A stretch of DNA of 63,874 nucleotides, filler included, from Octopus bimaculoides (lineage: Eukaryota), in the NCBI RefSeq assembly GCF_001194135.2. It is 5 parts of 3 records of this genome, joined end to end, with 100 filler letters (N's around TTAATTAATTAA, not from the genome) between each part and the next. Parts side by side here need not be neighbours in the genome. Positions count along the whole stretch, not along the records: positions 23,351 to 42,054 come from NC_069002.1; positions 42,155 to 59,973 come from NC_069002.1; 3 more parts are not named here. One strand, 5' to 3'. Numbering within the stretch: the first letter of the stretch is position 1; every line of letters starts with the position of its first letter. The notes beneath the pieces are model-generated. The model did not search any database and was not told where the DNA came from. It saw only the letters and a list, made by a program, of their open reading frames with translations. Both the position numbers and the translations under genes were made by a program. Below are positions 40,440 through 54,060 of the stretch, piece by piece.

Positions 40440-42054
40440 ATTTGATGTTGCTACATAATTTTACTTCACGAATGCCTTTCAGGAATTGACATTTGGTGCA
40501 TGTGAGAGTTTGATGCAGCTGCCCTCATCTGCAACTCCTGCCGCGAAGTTGGTTTATCTGGGGCACTTGACAGGAAGAGGTACAGCTTTGTTTTGAAGAT
40601 ACCTACATCCACCTCATGCAGGTCTTTCAGGTCCTTCGGGAGGATATTGAAGAGCTGTGGACCTCTGAAGCCCAGGCTATTGCAGTAGCTTGTCCAACAT
40701 CTTGATGGCAAATTTGTAGTCCGTGGCACTATGCAGTGGCGCCCAGTTCTAGTATTTGTGTAACTTTCGATACCAGATGTATATTATGGCATATTTTTCT
40801 CGCTTACCCTCTAAGGAATAGAGTCTTAATCTCTTGAGTCTTTCCTAATAGCTTATATGCTGCATAGAGGCTATCTTCTTCGTGTAGCTTCGTTGGATTG
40901 CCTCAAGTTCTGAGAATAATTTGATACTGGTTGGTGACCATAGCTGAGAGCAATAGTCAAAGTCGCTTAGGACAAGTGTCCTCCAGAGGACCCTCATGGT
41001 TTCTTGATCTCTTGTTCTAAAAGTTCAAAGAATCCATCCGTTCAGCCACCTGTATTTCATTGCCAATTTAGCAACATGCACATGAAAGGATGCATCAGTA
41101 CTCATGTAAATGCCCAGGTATTGCACTGACTGTGTGCCTCTGGGATTGCAATACCTCCAGCTCCAGTGTATTTAATTTGTATTGCATTTAGTTTTGCATG
41201 CTGATAGTACACGGCTTGAAACTTTTCAGCATTAAAGTGCTTGCTATTCTTTTCAACCCACATGCATATTTCATCCAGCTCACATTGCAGGTGCATAGTG
41301 TCTTCAGGGTTATGTTTTACTTGTGAGACTTTTGTATCATCTGCATAACTTGTGATCGTGGCTCTCTGTGTGGCTGAGGGCATGTCTGAGAGGGCCATTA
41401 TGAACATTAGTGTTCCCAAAACAGTGCCTTGTGGAACATGGCTCACTATTTGCGTGTCATTGGAGGTGGCCCCCATCGGCTACTACTTCCTGACTTCTAT
41501 CCTTCAGAAAGTCATGAAGCCATTCTCCCAATTTTCCAACTATGCGAGATCACGCAGTTTGTGACGTATCATTCCATGATCGACTTTATCAAAGGCCTTT
41601 GCAAAGTCGAGATATGTCACTTCCACATTTGAGTGGTTGAGTAGCTGTTACAGCACCTAGTCATATTGTTGTAAGAGCCGAATCAGGCAGCTTCTTCCTG
41701 GTCGGAATTCATGTTAGTTGTCAGACAGCAAGTCATTTTCTACAAGGAAAGCGATTAGTTTTCTTCTGACTATTTGTTCCATGACCTTGCTAATGTGCGA
41801 AGTCAGAGAGATAGGTCTGTAGTACTTGGCCTCCGCTCTGCTACCTCCTTTATGAATAGGGCATATTTTACCCTCCTTTAGTTTTCTTGGGAGTTTGCCA
41901 GATGCAAGGAAGCTCTGAAAGTGGGACTGCAGTGGTCTTGCTAAGACTCGCTTACATACTTTTAGAAGGATTGCTGGGAATCCATCAGGGCCAGTAGCTG
42001 AGTTTGGGTTCATTTCATCTATCGCCCTTATTACATCGTCCTCCTTTATATATA
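40440..42054 (-). mobile_element. CR1/L2-group LINE, RT domain and 3' end, with stops and frameshifts
   Basis: SATGPDGFPAILLK; YRPISLTSHISKVME; YLDFAKAFDKVDH; VPQGTVLGTLMF; YADDTKV; NSLGFRGPQLFNILP. Confidence 0.93.
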
Positions 42055-42739
42055 NNNNNNNNNNNNNNNNNNNNNNNNNNNNNNNNNNNNNNNNNNNNTT
42101 AATTAATTAANNNNNNNNNNNNNNNNNNNNNNNNNNNNNNNNNNNNNNNNNNNNACTCACTCACTCACTCACTCACTCATATATATATACAATATTTGTG
42201 CCATGCTGGGGCACCGCCTTGAAAGGTCTAGTCGACCAAATCGACGCCAGTGCTTATTTCTAAAGATTGGCGCATATTCTATCGGCTTCTTTTGGCGAAT
42301 CGTTAACTTTCAAACCAACACAGATTGTCAAGCGAGTTTCTCAGCCACACAATCATGCCTGCCCCCCTCTCTCTCTCTCTCTGTATATATATGTATATAT
42401 ATATGTGTGTGTGAGGGGGGTGAGTGTTGAGTGTGTGTGTGTGTGTGCGTACGTATATGTGTATGCCAGTCAGGTTGATATTCATTTCAGTGTTATTAGT
42501 CGTATTAAATTATTAGTCGAAATTAGAAAATGTATAGTCTTAGATATTCTTATATATTTCTCTTTTTTGCTCTACCAAACTTATATACACACACACGTGC
42601 GTGTGTGTGTATATATTTATATAATAGAGGGAGAGAGAAAGAGTGAGATAAATAGATAGCTAATATATATATATATATATATACATATATACACCCACAC
42701 ACATAGGTACGTGTGTGTGAATGTGTGTTTATACACTTT

Positions 42740-44280
42740 ATTGTCTGATGTAAAGACTTATTGAATTAACGTTTTAGTAAATTAACATTATAAAGTAATT
42801 TGCTCAAATTATAGTAAAGCTTCTTCATAAGCAATGTCCTTTATTATCTTTTGGCAGACTTCATCAACAACAGTTAGTTTACTGCCAAGCTTAAATTCTT
42901 CTATTGTCACTATATTTTTGCATTTAATGATTTATTTGCAAACACACTTCGTAAATTCTACTAAATGACAGAATTCTCTTTTAATGTAAGCGTTAAATAC
43001 TTTTGAAAACAAATGACAGAATGGAAAAAAACCTATCTCTTTTGTATGCTAATCTCTGTTTAGTTTCTAATATTAAGTATGATCTCGAATCCAGCCACTT
43101 CCGGCTTATTTTATCGATATAAGAGTAATCCATTTTGTAAAGGGATATTCGTTGATGCGTTTGTCGTATTTTACGGAAGGGCTTGTGTATTTTACACATC
43201 ACAAGGACCATACGCCATTTGTAATTTGATGATCTCAGATTTGACAGGGCAAGGTAACTCTGATAAAATCAACTACTGAGTTTCCTTAGAATAGAATTTT
43301 TCTTTTTACTACAATTAAAATGTGTATATGTCGTAATACACTTTTCTGCCATTCAACGCATCAGATTTTAATTGTACATTACCCGACCAACACATTACAG
43401 TTGTATCTTTTTCCCAATTTTTGCTTCTCACTTAGAACATAATTTTGAGATAGAGTCAGTGGACACAATCTTATTAGATTCATAACAATAAGTTAAATGA
43501 TACCAAAGAGTATTCCTTTACTTATTGTTCTTAGGTGAGCGGTGTTATTCATTGGGATGTCATATGTGGTCTACTTGATGGCGCTGTTACTATCCAAACT
43601 CAGATTCTTACTGATGACAATTCGTTCCATGCACTCCTTGGTCTTCAAATCTTTGGTAACTTTATTCTGCTCCTTCCTTTATAGTATTCTGTTTTATCCC
43701 AAGCGTTTTGGTATCACTATTCTGGTTTTCTGCTGCTTCTTGTCTTCACTAATTCGCGTCGAGCCTTCTGATTCCTTCCAGCCATTGGTCCCTCTATTCT
43801 AGTGTTACAGATGCTTTTTAGTATCGCTGATTCGCTTCAAGCATTCTGTTTTCTTCTAGCTGTAGGTATCTCTATTCAGAAGTTACAAGTGCTTCTTGTC
43901 GGCAATAATTCGCTTCAAGCCGCGGGTACTTCTATTCTGGTGTTACAGGTACTTCTTTGTGTCGCTGGGTCGCTTCAAGCATATTGTTTTCTTCAAGCCT
44001 TCGGCGTTCGTATTCTAGTGCCTCTATTACTTCTTGATATCGATGCTTCGCTTCAATCATTCTATTTCCTTCCAGGCACCCTTATTATGATACTTCTGGT
44101 GGATATCTATCTTCAAGCGTTCTGTTTCTTCAAACTGTTGTTGTCATTGTCCCAGTTTGTCCTACAAACTTATGTTAATTTGCTTCATTCAAGCCTTTCA
44201 CTTTCTTTCTATTATCTTCAAGCTTTGAAGTCTTTCTTCTCTGTTATAAAGATTGCGGTGTTTAGGCAGCCTCTTCATTA
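42740..44280 (-). mobile_element. Decayed Helitron RepHel fragment: N-terminal coiled-coil/STPR-like repeats (43700-44270) plus Rep HUH domain (42740-43400)
   Basis: Minus strand: CVEWQKSVLRHIHILIVVKEK (43360-43300; cf. Helitron Rep VEWQKRGLPHAHIL), LSELPCP, MAYGPCD, NGLLLYR, KPEVAGF..INIRN; upstream repeats LEENRMLEANQRY..VTLE*RDQWLE. Many stops. Confidence 0.75.
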
Positions 44281-44505
44281 AAACTTCTAATCAAATTCTT
44301 ATTTAACTATCAGTCATTGAGATAAGATGTCTAACAGGCACGACAATTATTGTCACCGTTAAATAGTTTGATTCTCGAATATAATGGATTATATTTTGCG
44401 TAAAAATTTGCATTTCATAATTATTTGACACATGTCATAATTAATTGGCGCCTGGTGGTAATTACATTAGTGCTTACACCTCTCGGAGTATATGTATATA
44501 TATAA

Positions 44506-44555
<50 letters not shown>

Positions 44556-46999
44556 NNNNNNNNNNNNNNNNNNNNNNNNNNNNNNNNNNNNNNNNNNNNN
44601 NNNNNNNNNNNNNNNNNNNNNNNNNNNNNNNNNNNNNNNNNNNNNNNNNNNNNNNNNNNNNNNNNNNNNNNNNNNNNNNNNNNNNNNNNNNNNNNNNNNN
44701 NNNNNNNNNNNNNNNNNNNNNNNNNNNNNNNNNNNNNNNNNNNNNNNNNNNNNNNNNNNNNNNNNNNNNNNNNNNNNNNNNNNNNNNNNNNNNNNNNNNN
44801 NNNNNNNNNNNNNNNNNNNNNNNNNNNNNNNNNNNNNNNNNNNNNNNNNNNNNNNNNNNNNNNNNNNNNNNNNNNNNNNNNNNNNNNNNNNGAATATCCT
44901 GACTGTTGAAGGATTGTATTTTGCAACAGAAGATAGCGCTGTATTTCAAACTGATGTAATGCTTGCATTGTTCGATTAAATGGAGCCGCCTGAAACGGCC
45001 GTATTGCATTAATACCCTGACATCCTTGTTACTTATTTGTTATATATATATATATATAAGTATATTTATATATATGTGTGTATATACTATTGTCTGGGGA
45101 GAGTCATTTTCTTTTTGTGCCTTATATATGTGTGCATGGGGGAGGGTGTGTGTGTGTGTGTGCTTGTGTGCGTGTATGTATGTATACACAGTCCCACATA
45201 GACATACAAATGTGGTTCACTTTATACTAGGCCTTCATTATGTGCGTGAGCGTGAGAGAGATAGTATATATTATACATGTGTGTATACGCGCATATGTTC
45301 GTTCATATAGACATATATACACATGTATGTGTATATATGTGTGCATGTATGTAAATATCTTTTAATACATACATGTGCGTGTATTTGTACACATACACCG
45401 CACGCACGCACACACACACACACACGCACACACACACACACACACAACACACACACACACACACATTTATGTATTCACTCTGCGGAAATATCTTCATGCT
45501 ACGAAGAGGAAACCCAGTATGTCTGGAGCGACGTCTTTCGTAGCAAATGTTTAACGAAGTATAGCAGAATGGCAGAATAGCAGAACAGCAGAGCAGTAGA
45601 ACAGCAGAATAGCAGTTTACTGGAGCAAAAAAAAAAAAATTAATAAATAAATAAAGGTTTCCTTAACGCCCTGTCTCTTGTGCCTCATTACAAGAAACGA
45701 AGATTTAAGATGAAAAAATGATGAGATCGTAGCGGATAATTNNNNNNNNNNNNNNNNNNNNNNNNNNNNNNNNNNNNNNNNNNNNNNNNNNNNNNNNNNN
45801 NNNNNNNNNNNNNNNNNNNNNNNNNNNNNNNNNNNNNNNNNNNNNNNNNNNNNNNNNNNNNNNNNNNNNNNNNNNNNNNNNNNNNNNNNNNNNNNNNNNN
45901 NNNNNNNNNNNNNNNNNNNNNNNNNNNNNNNNNNNNNNNNNNNNNNNNNNNNNNNNNNNNNNNNNNNNNNNNNNNNNNNNNNNNNNNNNNNNNNNNNNNN
46001 NNNNNNNNNNNNNNNNNNNNNNNNNNNNNNNNNNNNNNNNNNNNNNNNNNNNNNNNNNNNNNNNNNNNNNNNNNNNNNNNNNNNNNNNNNNNNNNNNNNN
46101 NNNNNNNNNNNNNNNNNNNNNNNNNNNNNNNNNNNNNNNNNNNNNNNNNNNNNNNNNNNNNNNNNNNNNNNNNNNNNNNNNNNNNNNNNNNTAGACGGAA
46201 ACTGAAAGAAGCCCATCGTATAGATGTATTTTTCAATGTGTGCTTGTCTTTGTGTCTGTTTGTTCCCTCCTCCTCCACAAGGCTTTGGTTGAACCGAAGC
46301 TATAGTAGAATACACTCGCCCAAGGGGCCACGCAGTGGGACTGAACCCGGAACCATGTGGTTGGGAAGCAAGCTTCTTACCACACAGCCACTGACTACGC
46401 ATACATATGCTTTTGTTACCGTACTAGGACGTCTGATTTGTAGTCTATTTTACAATCTGGGGGCAACTGGTTTTTGTTCTTAAATCCGAAAAGGATCCGT
46501 TATTCGGAACACATCTGTATCGGAGAGTTCCGGATAAAGGATTGTGTACTCGTATAAACTTTTGTCACTTAAATCCAATGACGTACAGATGTCTCACAAT
46601 AATTTCATTTCTTGATCCATTTTATAGTTTATGAAGTCTTATGGCGATTGATGCGTGGACAGTCGTCGAGATGAATGTGATTCCCAACGATCAGGATGAA
46701 GGTGAGATGGCTACCATCTGACAAGATGAAGAAATCACCATGTATGTATGTGTGTATATATGTATATTTGTATGTGTATATGTATGTATCGTATGTGTAT
46801 ATATATATATGTGTGTGCATGCATATATTTATCTAGCTATCACTATGCATACATGCATATACTTACATGCATACATTCATACCTTCCTTTATACATATAT
46901 GCATACATACATTCGTGCATACATACATTCTTACATACATACATGCATATATGCATATATGCGTGCATGCATACAAGCATACATACAAGATAACAAAAC

Positions 47000-47430
47000 A
47001 AGAAAACACCAGGAACCGAAGTAACAGATTATTTCGAGATGGATGGATTAAAAGAGTAGTGATGAAAATAGAAAATTAAACAGCTGCCAAGCTGAAACGC
47101 AAGCGGCCAAATATTGTTGCGTGAGACCACAACAAAAAGACGCTATGCTGTGGAAATCAGTTTCCTTCTGGACACCAGTATGGTTAGAAAAATACAGAAG
47201 GAAGAGAACATCTATGGACCATTGGCAAGGGCTGTGCAAATCTAGTACCCAGAATACACTTTCAGCTTCATTACTATTATTATTGGAGCAACAGGATATG
47301 TACCAACCGGTCTGGAGTCAAGTATTTGCGTTTTTGGGGAAAGAACGGAACTCCTTAACCCATACACGGCAAATGATCCCGAAAATGGCACAATAGAACC
47401 TGAATGGCCTTCTTAATGCTTTCGTTTAAT
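47000..47430 (+). mobile_element. R4/Dong-like RLE endonuclease 3' fragment
   Basis: KLKRKRPNIVA*DHNKK / RYAVEISFLLDTSMVRKIQKEENIYGPLARAVQI*YPEYTFSFITIIIGATGYVP. Confidence 0.75.
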
Positions 47431-47499
47431 CTAAGTTAAAAGACAAAGAAAATATAATACATACATACATACATACATACATACATACATACATACATG

Positions 47500-47960
47500 T
47501 ATGTATGTATGTATATGTATATATACACATACATATGTATATATACACATACATATGTATATATACACATACATATGTATATATACATATGTATGTGTAT
47601 ATATACACATACATATGTATATATACATATACANNNNNNNNNNNNNNNNNNNNNNNNNNNNNNNNNNNNNNNNNNNNNNNNNNNNNNNNNNNNNNNNNNN
47701 NNNNNNNNNNNNNNNNNNNNNNNNNNNNNNNNNNNNNNNNNNNNNNNNNNNNNNNNNNNNNNNNNNNNNNNNNNNNNNNNNNNNNNNNNNNNNNNNNNNN
47801 NNNNNNNNNNNNNNNNNNNNNNNNNNNNNACACATGTATATATACATATACACATGTATATATACATATACACATGTATATATACATATACACATGTATA
47901 TATACATATACACATGTATATATACACATACACATGTATATATACACATACACATGTATA
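47500..47960. repeat. 22-bp minisatellite (tatatacacatacatatgtata-type) spanning a gap
   Basis: Repeated units are visible on both sides of the N-run. Confidence 0.85.
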
Positions 47961-48050
47961 TATACGCATGTATATAAATATATATATATATACATACACA
48001 CACACATGTATATATATATGTGTGTGTGTGTGTATATATATATACATGTT

Positions 48051-48086
<36 letters not shown>

Positions 48087-48150
48087 AGTAATTTGGACAA
48101 ATAAGTATAAGTCGATTAGAGTGTTTAAATGTTGAGACTGCTTTATCAAT

Positions 48151-48192
48151 GTACCTGAAGAGAACCAGACTAATGTTCGAAACATGTACCTA
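48151..48192 (+). ncRNA. Hammerhead core with intact CUGAAGA/GAAA, stem II and palindromic ACAUGU; stem I not resolved
   Basis: CTGAAGA-GAAC cagactaat GTTC-GAAA-CATG-TA; the flanks do not pair cleanly. Confidence 0.5.
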
Positions 48193-48519
48193 ATAAAAGT
48201 CTAATACGAAATCCACCTCCTACTATTAATTATATCAGATATTGGACATAGCTGGTTACAATGCGCATTTGCATTGTTTTAGCTTTCAAATGACGTCACG
48301 CCAATGGCTAGGTGAACAGACCAACATTCCCTCTCGATCAAAGGGGGACTGGAGCAACGTGAAATGAATTGTTTGGCTGAAGAACTCAACATGCCACCCA
48401 ATCAGAGAATCGAACCCACGATCTAGCGATCGGGAATGCAACAGCCTAACCACTAGGCCACATGCTTTTACACACACATACAAATGCACTCACATATACA
48501 CACACACGCGCACACATTC

Positions 48520-48870
48520 TTTTACTCGTGTTTGCCATTTTTGACTGCGGCCATGCTGGAGCACCACCTTCAAGGGTTTTTTTAGTCGAAGAAATCGATC
48601 ACAAGACATTCTTTGTAAGCCTAGTATTTCTTCTATCGGTTCTTTTGTCGAACCGCTACGTTATGGGGACATAAACACAACATCGGTTGTCAAACGATGG
48701 TGGGAGGGACAAACATACACACAGATATACGATGAGCTACATTCAGTTTCCGCCCACCATATCCAAGGCTTTGGTCAGCTCGAGGCTATAGTGGACGACA
48801 CTTGCCCAAGGTGCCACGCAGTGAGTCTGAACCCGGTACCATGTGGTTGGGAAGCAAGCTTCTTACCTCC
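48520..48870 (-). mobile_element. tRNA-derived SINE, near full length (head ...gtaagaagcttgcttcccaaccacatggtaccgggttcagactc)
   Basis: The head includes a B-box-like ggttcagactc and ccttgggcaagtgtc; same family at 46270-46392 and 63000-63815. Confidence 0.8.
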
Positions 48871-50964
48871 CCCCCCCACACATATACTCGCAGATGTGCG
48901 TGTGTATCTCTGTGTGTATCTGAGAAGAACACTTCATAAAGCCATATTTAAATTCATTAAATCGCTAAACATTTGAGTTGAGTTGTTGTCAATACGATTA
49001 TAACGCTTCGGACTATTAAACTCATGTTTTGAACCGAATACTTCTGCTTACATATTTACCTCTACACATGAGCGAATATACATACATACATACATACATA
49101 TGTGTGTGTGTTTGTATATATATATATATATAAGATCAAAGTATACCTATGTATATATGTTAGATATATATACAATATATAAAGATATATGTATATATAT
49201 ATGTTAAATATATATACAATATATAAAGATATATGCATATGTGTATATATTTATATATTCGTATATACATATATATATATATATATATGCAATCATGCAT
49301 ACATACATACACACACACACACCTATTCCTCTCCAAATATGGAAGTTAATTGGCCGAAACATTATAATCCTACTATTAAATTTATTTCATATGCGACAGA
49401 AACATGGAGATCTTTCAAATTTTTACCTTTTTATTTACGTATCTATTTATTTATTTGATGGCAGCCTAGTAAAATATAGATTTTATTAATCCCAAATTTT
49501 ACGTAGGAAATCTGAGCCTAAACTTGAAGCCTGACAAAACCGACATATTTTTGATATTCGGTCAGTGTTTACTTCTTTATGATGTTAGAATCATATATTT
49601 AGCGAGAAGCTAATGTTTAGAGATCAATGGAGCGAGACAGAAATATAGGCACATTTTTAAAATAAAAATATATAATATAAAATAATAAAGTAAAATATGT
49701 TATAATAAAATAAGCTCTCACGATTGCAGATTTATAACCTGTAAATCTGTTTCTCTGTCCTCCATAATCTGGTTTTATTTCAAGCACCGCGATTAATTTT
49801 AAGTGGTCTTGCTTTCTAGATTTTTCGCGATTCAAAAATATTTTATATATTGTAAACGATTTAATATGCGAAGTGACACAAATATACAAACCCGGTTGAG
49901 TTTCTGATAAGTTGCGTGGTACAGGAACCATACATATGCATGCGTAAACATCCCCCTATAAACTAGCACANNNNNNNNNNCGCACACACGTGTATGAGTT
50001 TTCAAATGTGTCAAGATATATATATATATGTATATACGTGTGTATATATGTATATACATGTATATATATATGTATATATATGTACATACATATATACATA
50101 CATATATATATGTGTGTGTGTGTGTGTGAATATATATGTATATGCACATATACACACTCATATGTACACATATATGTACATGCGAGTAACCTGCAATGCT
50201 TCATTGCAAAAGTTTCGAGGATTCTGTGTGTCAAGAACAAAAGGAATTACCACTCTTCCATATTCACGAAATTCCGAGTTTCTTTTGGGTAACTACCAAA
50301 GAGTACAACATTTTTAATGTTCAGCCTTTGTGTTTAAAAGTGGATGACATCCCCTGAAAATATGTAAGCACAATCACATAAACTACGTTAATCGTGTTCA
50401 AATCTAAGCCAGTAGATTTAAAATAACACACGTCTACTGTTTATTAGCAGAAGAGAAAAAAATGGAGGAATATTTATTGCTATTTGACAGCATTTTCTAG
50501 GTAGTGGAGTTGATATTGTTGTGTTTGAATCGAATATATCTAGTGGGAAATTGTAAATATGTCACACGAAGTTTACTGTACCGGGGAGGAAGAATATGCA
50601 AAATGTTTCGAATGGAGTCTGTGAATAGGCTACAGTAAAGAGAAAGCCAATGGGTAGTGAATAGATTGAATAAGTTTTAAGAAGTGTCACAGTCATTTGT
50701 TCAAAAGAATAACCACCAACCTTTGTTTTTGTTTCTTTGTTCTTGTATATTCCTGGTCAGAATTGATAGAACAGATTTATAGCATGGTCTATGAAATCTA
50801 TAGATCAAATGTTGAAGATATCTTCTATGTCAGTTAACTGCTGAGGCGAAATTTAAAGATAGAACGTTTCAGATATCTCGAACGTTACAGATATGTCCTA
50901 TACCAGTCAAATGACTAGATGAAATCTATAGACCGAACACTCTAGATTTACTATACCTACGCTT

Positions 50965-51215
50965 ATCTCGCTCTTTCCCGACTCATACAGACTCGTAGGG
51001 TTTGTTTCTCGGTTTCCATGGCGTATGTATTTCGCCCCTGGACGGGACGCCGGTCCGTCGCAGGAATACTCATTTTTGCTTGCTGAATGAACTGGAGCAA
51101 CGTGAAATGAAGTGTTTTGCTCAAGAACACAACGCGTCGCCCGGTCCATGAATCGAAACCACAATCTTATGATCATGAGTGCAACACCCTAACCACTAAG
51201 CCACGCGCCTCCACT
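50965..51215 (-). mobile_element. tRNA-derived SINE, V-SINE/Mermaid-like
   Basis: Minus strand: tggaggcgcgtggcttagtggttagggtg...ggtttcgattc...ttgagcaaaacacttcatttcacgttgctccag...cctgcgacggaccggcgtcccgtccagggg; partial homologues at ~48340-48465 and ~51920-51995. Confidence 0.75.
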
Positions 51216-52631
51216 TACGCTTAGCTGAGGACCATGCAATGCGTCGTGATATATACATCTTAAAAGCAGACGATACTGTTGCAGACGACATTATTCATTT
51301 TCATCGTTCGTATCTGTAATGTTATCTGGATTTCCGTTATTGTTTAAATGCTTTGTAAAAGATTCAATTTAGTGTCTGACATCCTCTTCACAAACGACAA
51401 ATGAAAACCAACTTAATGTAATGTAACGCAACGGAAAAGAAACCATGCTGGCACATAGATAGAGATAAAACTTTGTGTAGTTTTAGAGGGAAAAAAATGG
51501 TTAAAGGAGAACATTACTTGAAAACACTTACTTGAAAATTTTCTAACAGGAAATGGAGAGAGTAAGATGTATTCAGAGATGGATTGAATGTAGAGCATGA
51601 AATATATACGGCGAAGAAATAACTATGCGGTGAGGAAAAGAGAACATTAACTAAATAGTAGTAGTACGAACTGTAACAGCGCGTCGCTGCACCTACCATT
51701 TGTTGGTGATTCCCTACTACTCCTTGAGAATGACGCCTCTGCATAACTCAAGCAAGAACCCGTCAACCCATGGGACTGTTTGGGCAGTCGTTGCTGGTGA
51801 GGGTTTTATAAGGTCGCAGTGCGGGTAAATTCTTCCTCAACCCCTCTTTTTTGTCACTTTTGCCACATGCAGAGGAAACGTTGGGTTTATTCTTTGACAT
51901 GCCGATCCCCACACAGTACTAGAGTGACGTGAAATGAAATATTTTTTTTTCTCAAAAACACAATACACTTCCGGTCCGGGAATCAGACCCACGTTCTGAC
52001 TACTATCATTTTAATCGTTCTAGAAAGTAAGATAGACAACATCGAATATGCTCCCAACTTGTTAGACCTCATTTGTGAGTTACAGACTTCGATGAACTCG
52101 TAGGAGTATTAAAACAAATGGGGGTAGTGATGAAATCACCGTGGAGAATTATAATATTGTAAGCCGAGTAGCAGAGAACAATCAGTACAATTAGCAAACA
52201 AAAAAAGAAAAGTTAATTACTCAGAAATACCATTTGCATGAAAATCAACAGTAAAATGGCAATAAACATATTTAAAATAAAACATAAACAATAGAATTAG
52301 AAATACCGAAGCTGCGAAAAAGCGTTTCATTTGTTTATCTTATCAATCTAATCTCATCTATATATAAATCTGTGTGTATACATGTGCGCATTTATGTATA
52401 TATGAATATGTGTATACACACACATACATACAAAGACACGCACACACGTTGGATACGCTTAAGAATACGTTGACTAATGTATTTTTATATATGCCCAAGT
52501 ATTTCAACTGATCATTATCAAGGCCAGTATACCAGCTGGCGGGAAAGGTATGGGAACGTAAGGTGACTTTCAAATGGTGTGCACTCAACAATTGTACAAA
52601 CACATTATATATATATATATATATTAATATA

Positions 52632-52960
52632 ATCATAAATATACAGGGATTAGCAATTGAGTTGCTTCTCCAACATACTGAAAATTTAGAAATAGCAGTC
52701 AAAGAACTACTGATTCCAAACTACAAATTTTTCTCTAAAGCGGATGGCGATATTTATGGCACACATAGAACAAAAAACCGGAGGGAAAAGCGTAAACAAA
52801 CCAAGCCTTTAGTTAATTGGATACGAATCGTTTCCAAAATATCGCCATCCGCTTTAGAGAAAAATTTGTAGTTTGGAATCAGTAGTTCTTTGACTGCTAT
52901 TTCTAAATTTTCAGTATGTTGGAGAAGCAACTCAATTGCTAATCCCTGTATATTTATGAT
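52632..52960. repeat. Perfect 124-bp inverted repeat with an 81-nt loop
   Basis: 52632-52755 is the exact reverse complement of 52837-52960 by manual comparison. Confidence 0.93.
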
Positions 52961-53739
52961 GATAAATAGTTTTACCGATAAAGGTTTTTTCATACTGAAC
53001 TACTTGGCAAAATTGTTAATTATTAATTCTATTATTAATTGACGATTCTCTGCCCTTATTCTTGTATATAAATATATATATATACACATACAGACACACA
53101 CACACACATGTATATATTTACATGCGTGTGTGTCTATGTGTATAAATATACAGATAGTTGACGGATTAGTTTATCAGTGAATGCCAACAACCATAAAGAC
53201 GAATTTAGAAAAAGACTTAATTAGTAGTTTTATTCTGAGGAGTTTCATTCAACATAAATACAGATAGAACATAGACCATATGGGAAACTAAATAAAAAGC
53301 TCATAAAGATTCCGACCATCCTCCTACAGTTTTCAAAATTTTGTTAAAAAATATTAGTAAACAAAGCCTCTTATATATCGTTAAATAAAGATATCTTCAA
53401 TATCACCGCACCTTACTAAAATAATATATTGACAGGAAGTAGACATAAAAGTAAGATCCAGTACACTTTAATGTCTTGTCCACTAACAGGAAAAGATGTC
53501 GGAAAATTATCTGGTTTAATTCCAATTCCCGTTAGACGTCAAACCCAACATAGTTAAACATTTCTGAAGTTTTACCAATAAGTGTTTCCTGATCTATCAC
53601 TGTTATAGAAAATTATTGAATAGAGCAATATGAAACAAAGTTATAGCTGTTCAACGAAGACGAATTAAAGTGATTCTTCTAAACAAATAGAGATCTCTTC
53701 GTAGTACAGAAACAAAATCATGTCTCTTTATTTAACATG

Positions 53740-54060
53740 TATGCAACGCCGAGATAATTACCTACGAATAATTACCATGGAACAAAGCCTAGATACCCAG
53801 AGCAAACATTATGTTAGAATAGTAACAGATGATTTTGTATTCTACTATCTGAATTACATTCTTTCTTCAAAGAAAAATGTCACCAAATCATCTAAATGAA
53901 TTTGGAAACTGAATGATAGAACAAAATTCAATATACATAAGAAATTCTTGAATGATCGAAGCAGTATACGAACGGAGCAATAACCTATAGCTAATGCAAT
54001 CCTGAAAATATTTTTTTACTAATATATCTCAATAATCAAGAGAATTACTTAAACGTCAAA
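53740..54060 (+). mobile_element. Penelope-like GIY-YIG fragment, heavily decayed (similar short piece at 55780-55890)
   Basis: SKHYVRIVTDDF..YLNYILSSKKNVTKSSK*IWKLNDRTKFNIHKKFLN and KNVTNLSKQIWKLNENRTS resemble the PLE pattern KNSTxLSKxIWxLK. Confidence 0.55.

Noticed and set aside
53300-53700. Minus-strand FPTSFP...SVLDLTF resembling a LINE APE C-terminus
   Set aside because: A single short motif in a stop-ridden frame, and its order relative to the NIQGL piece at ~52950 is wrong for one ORF.
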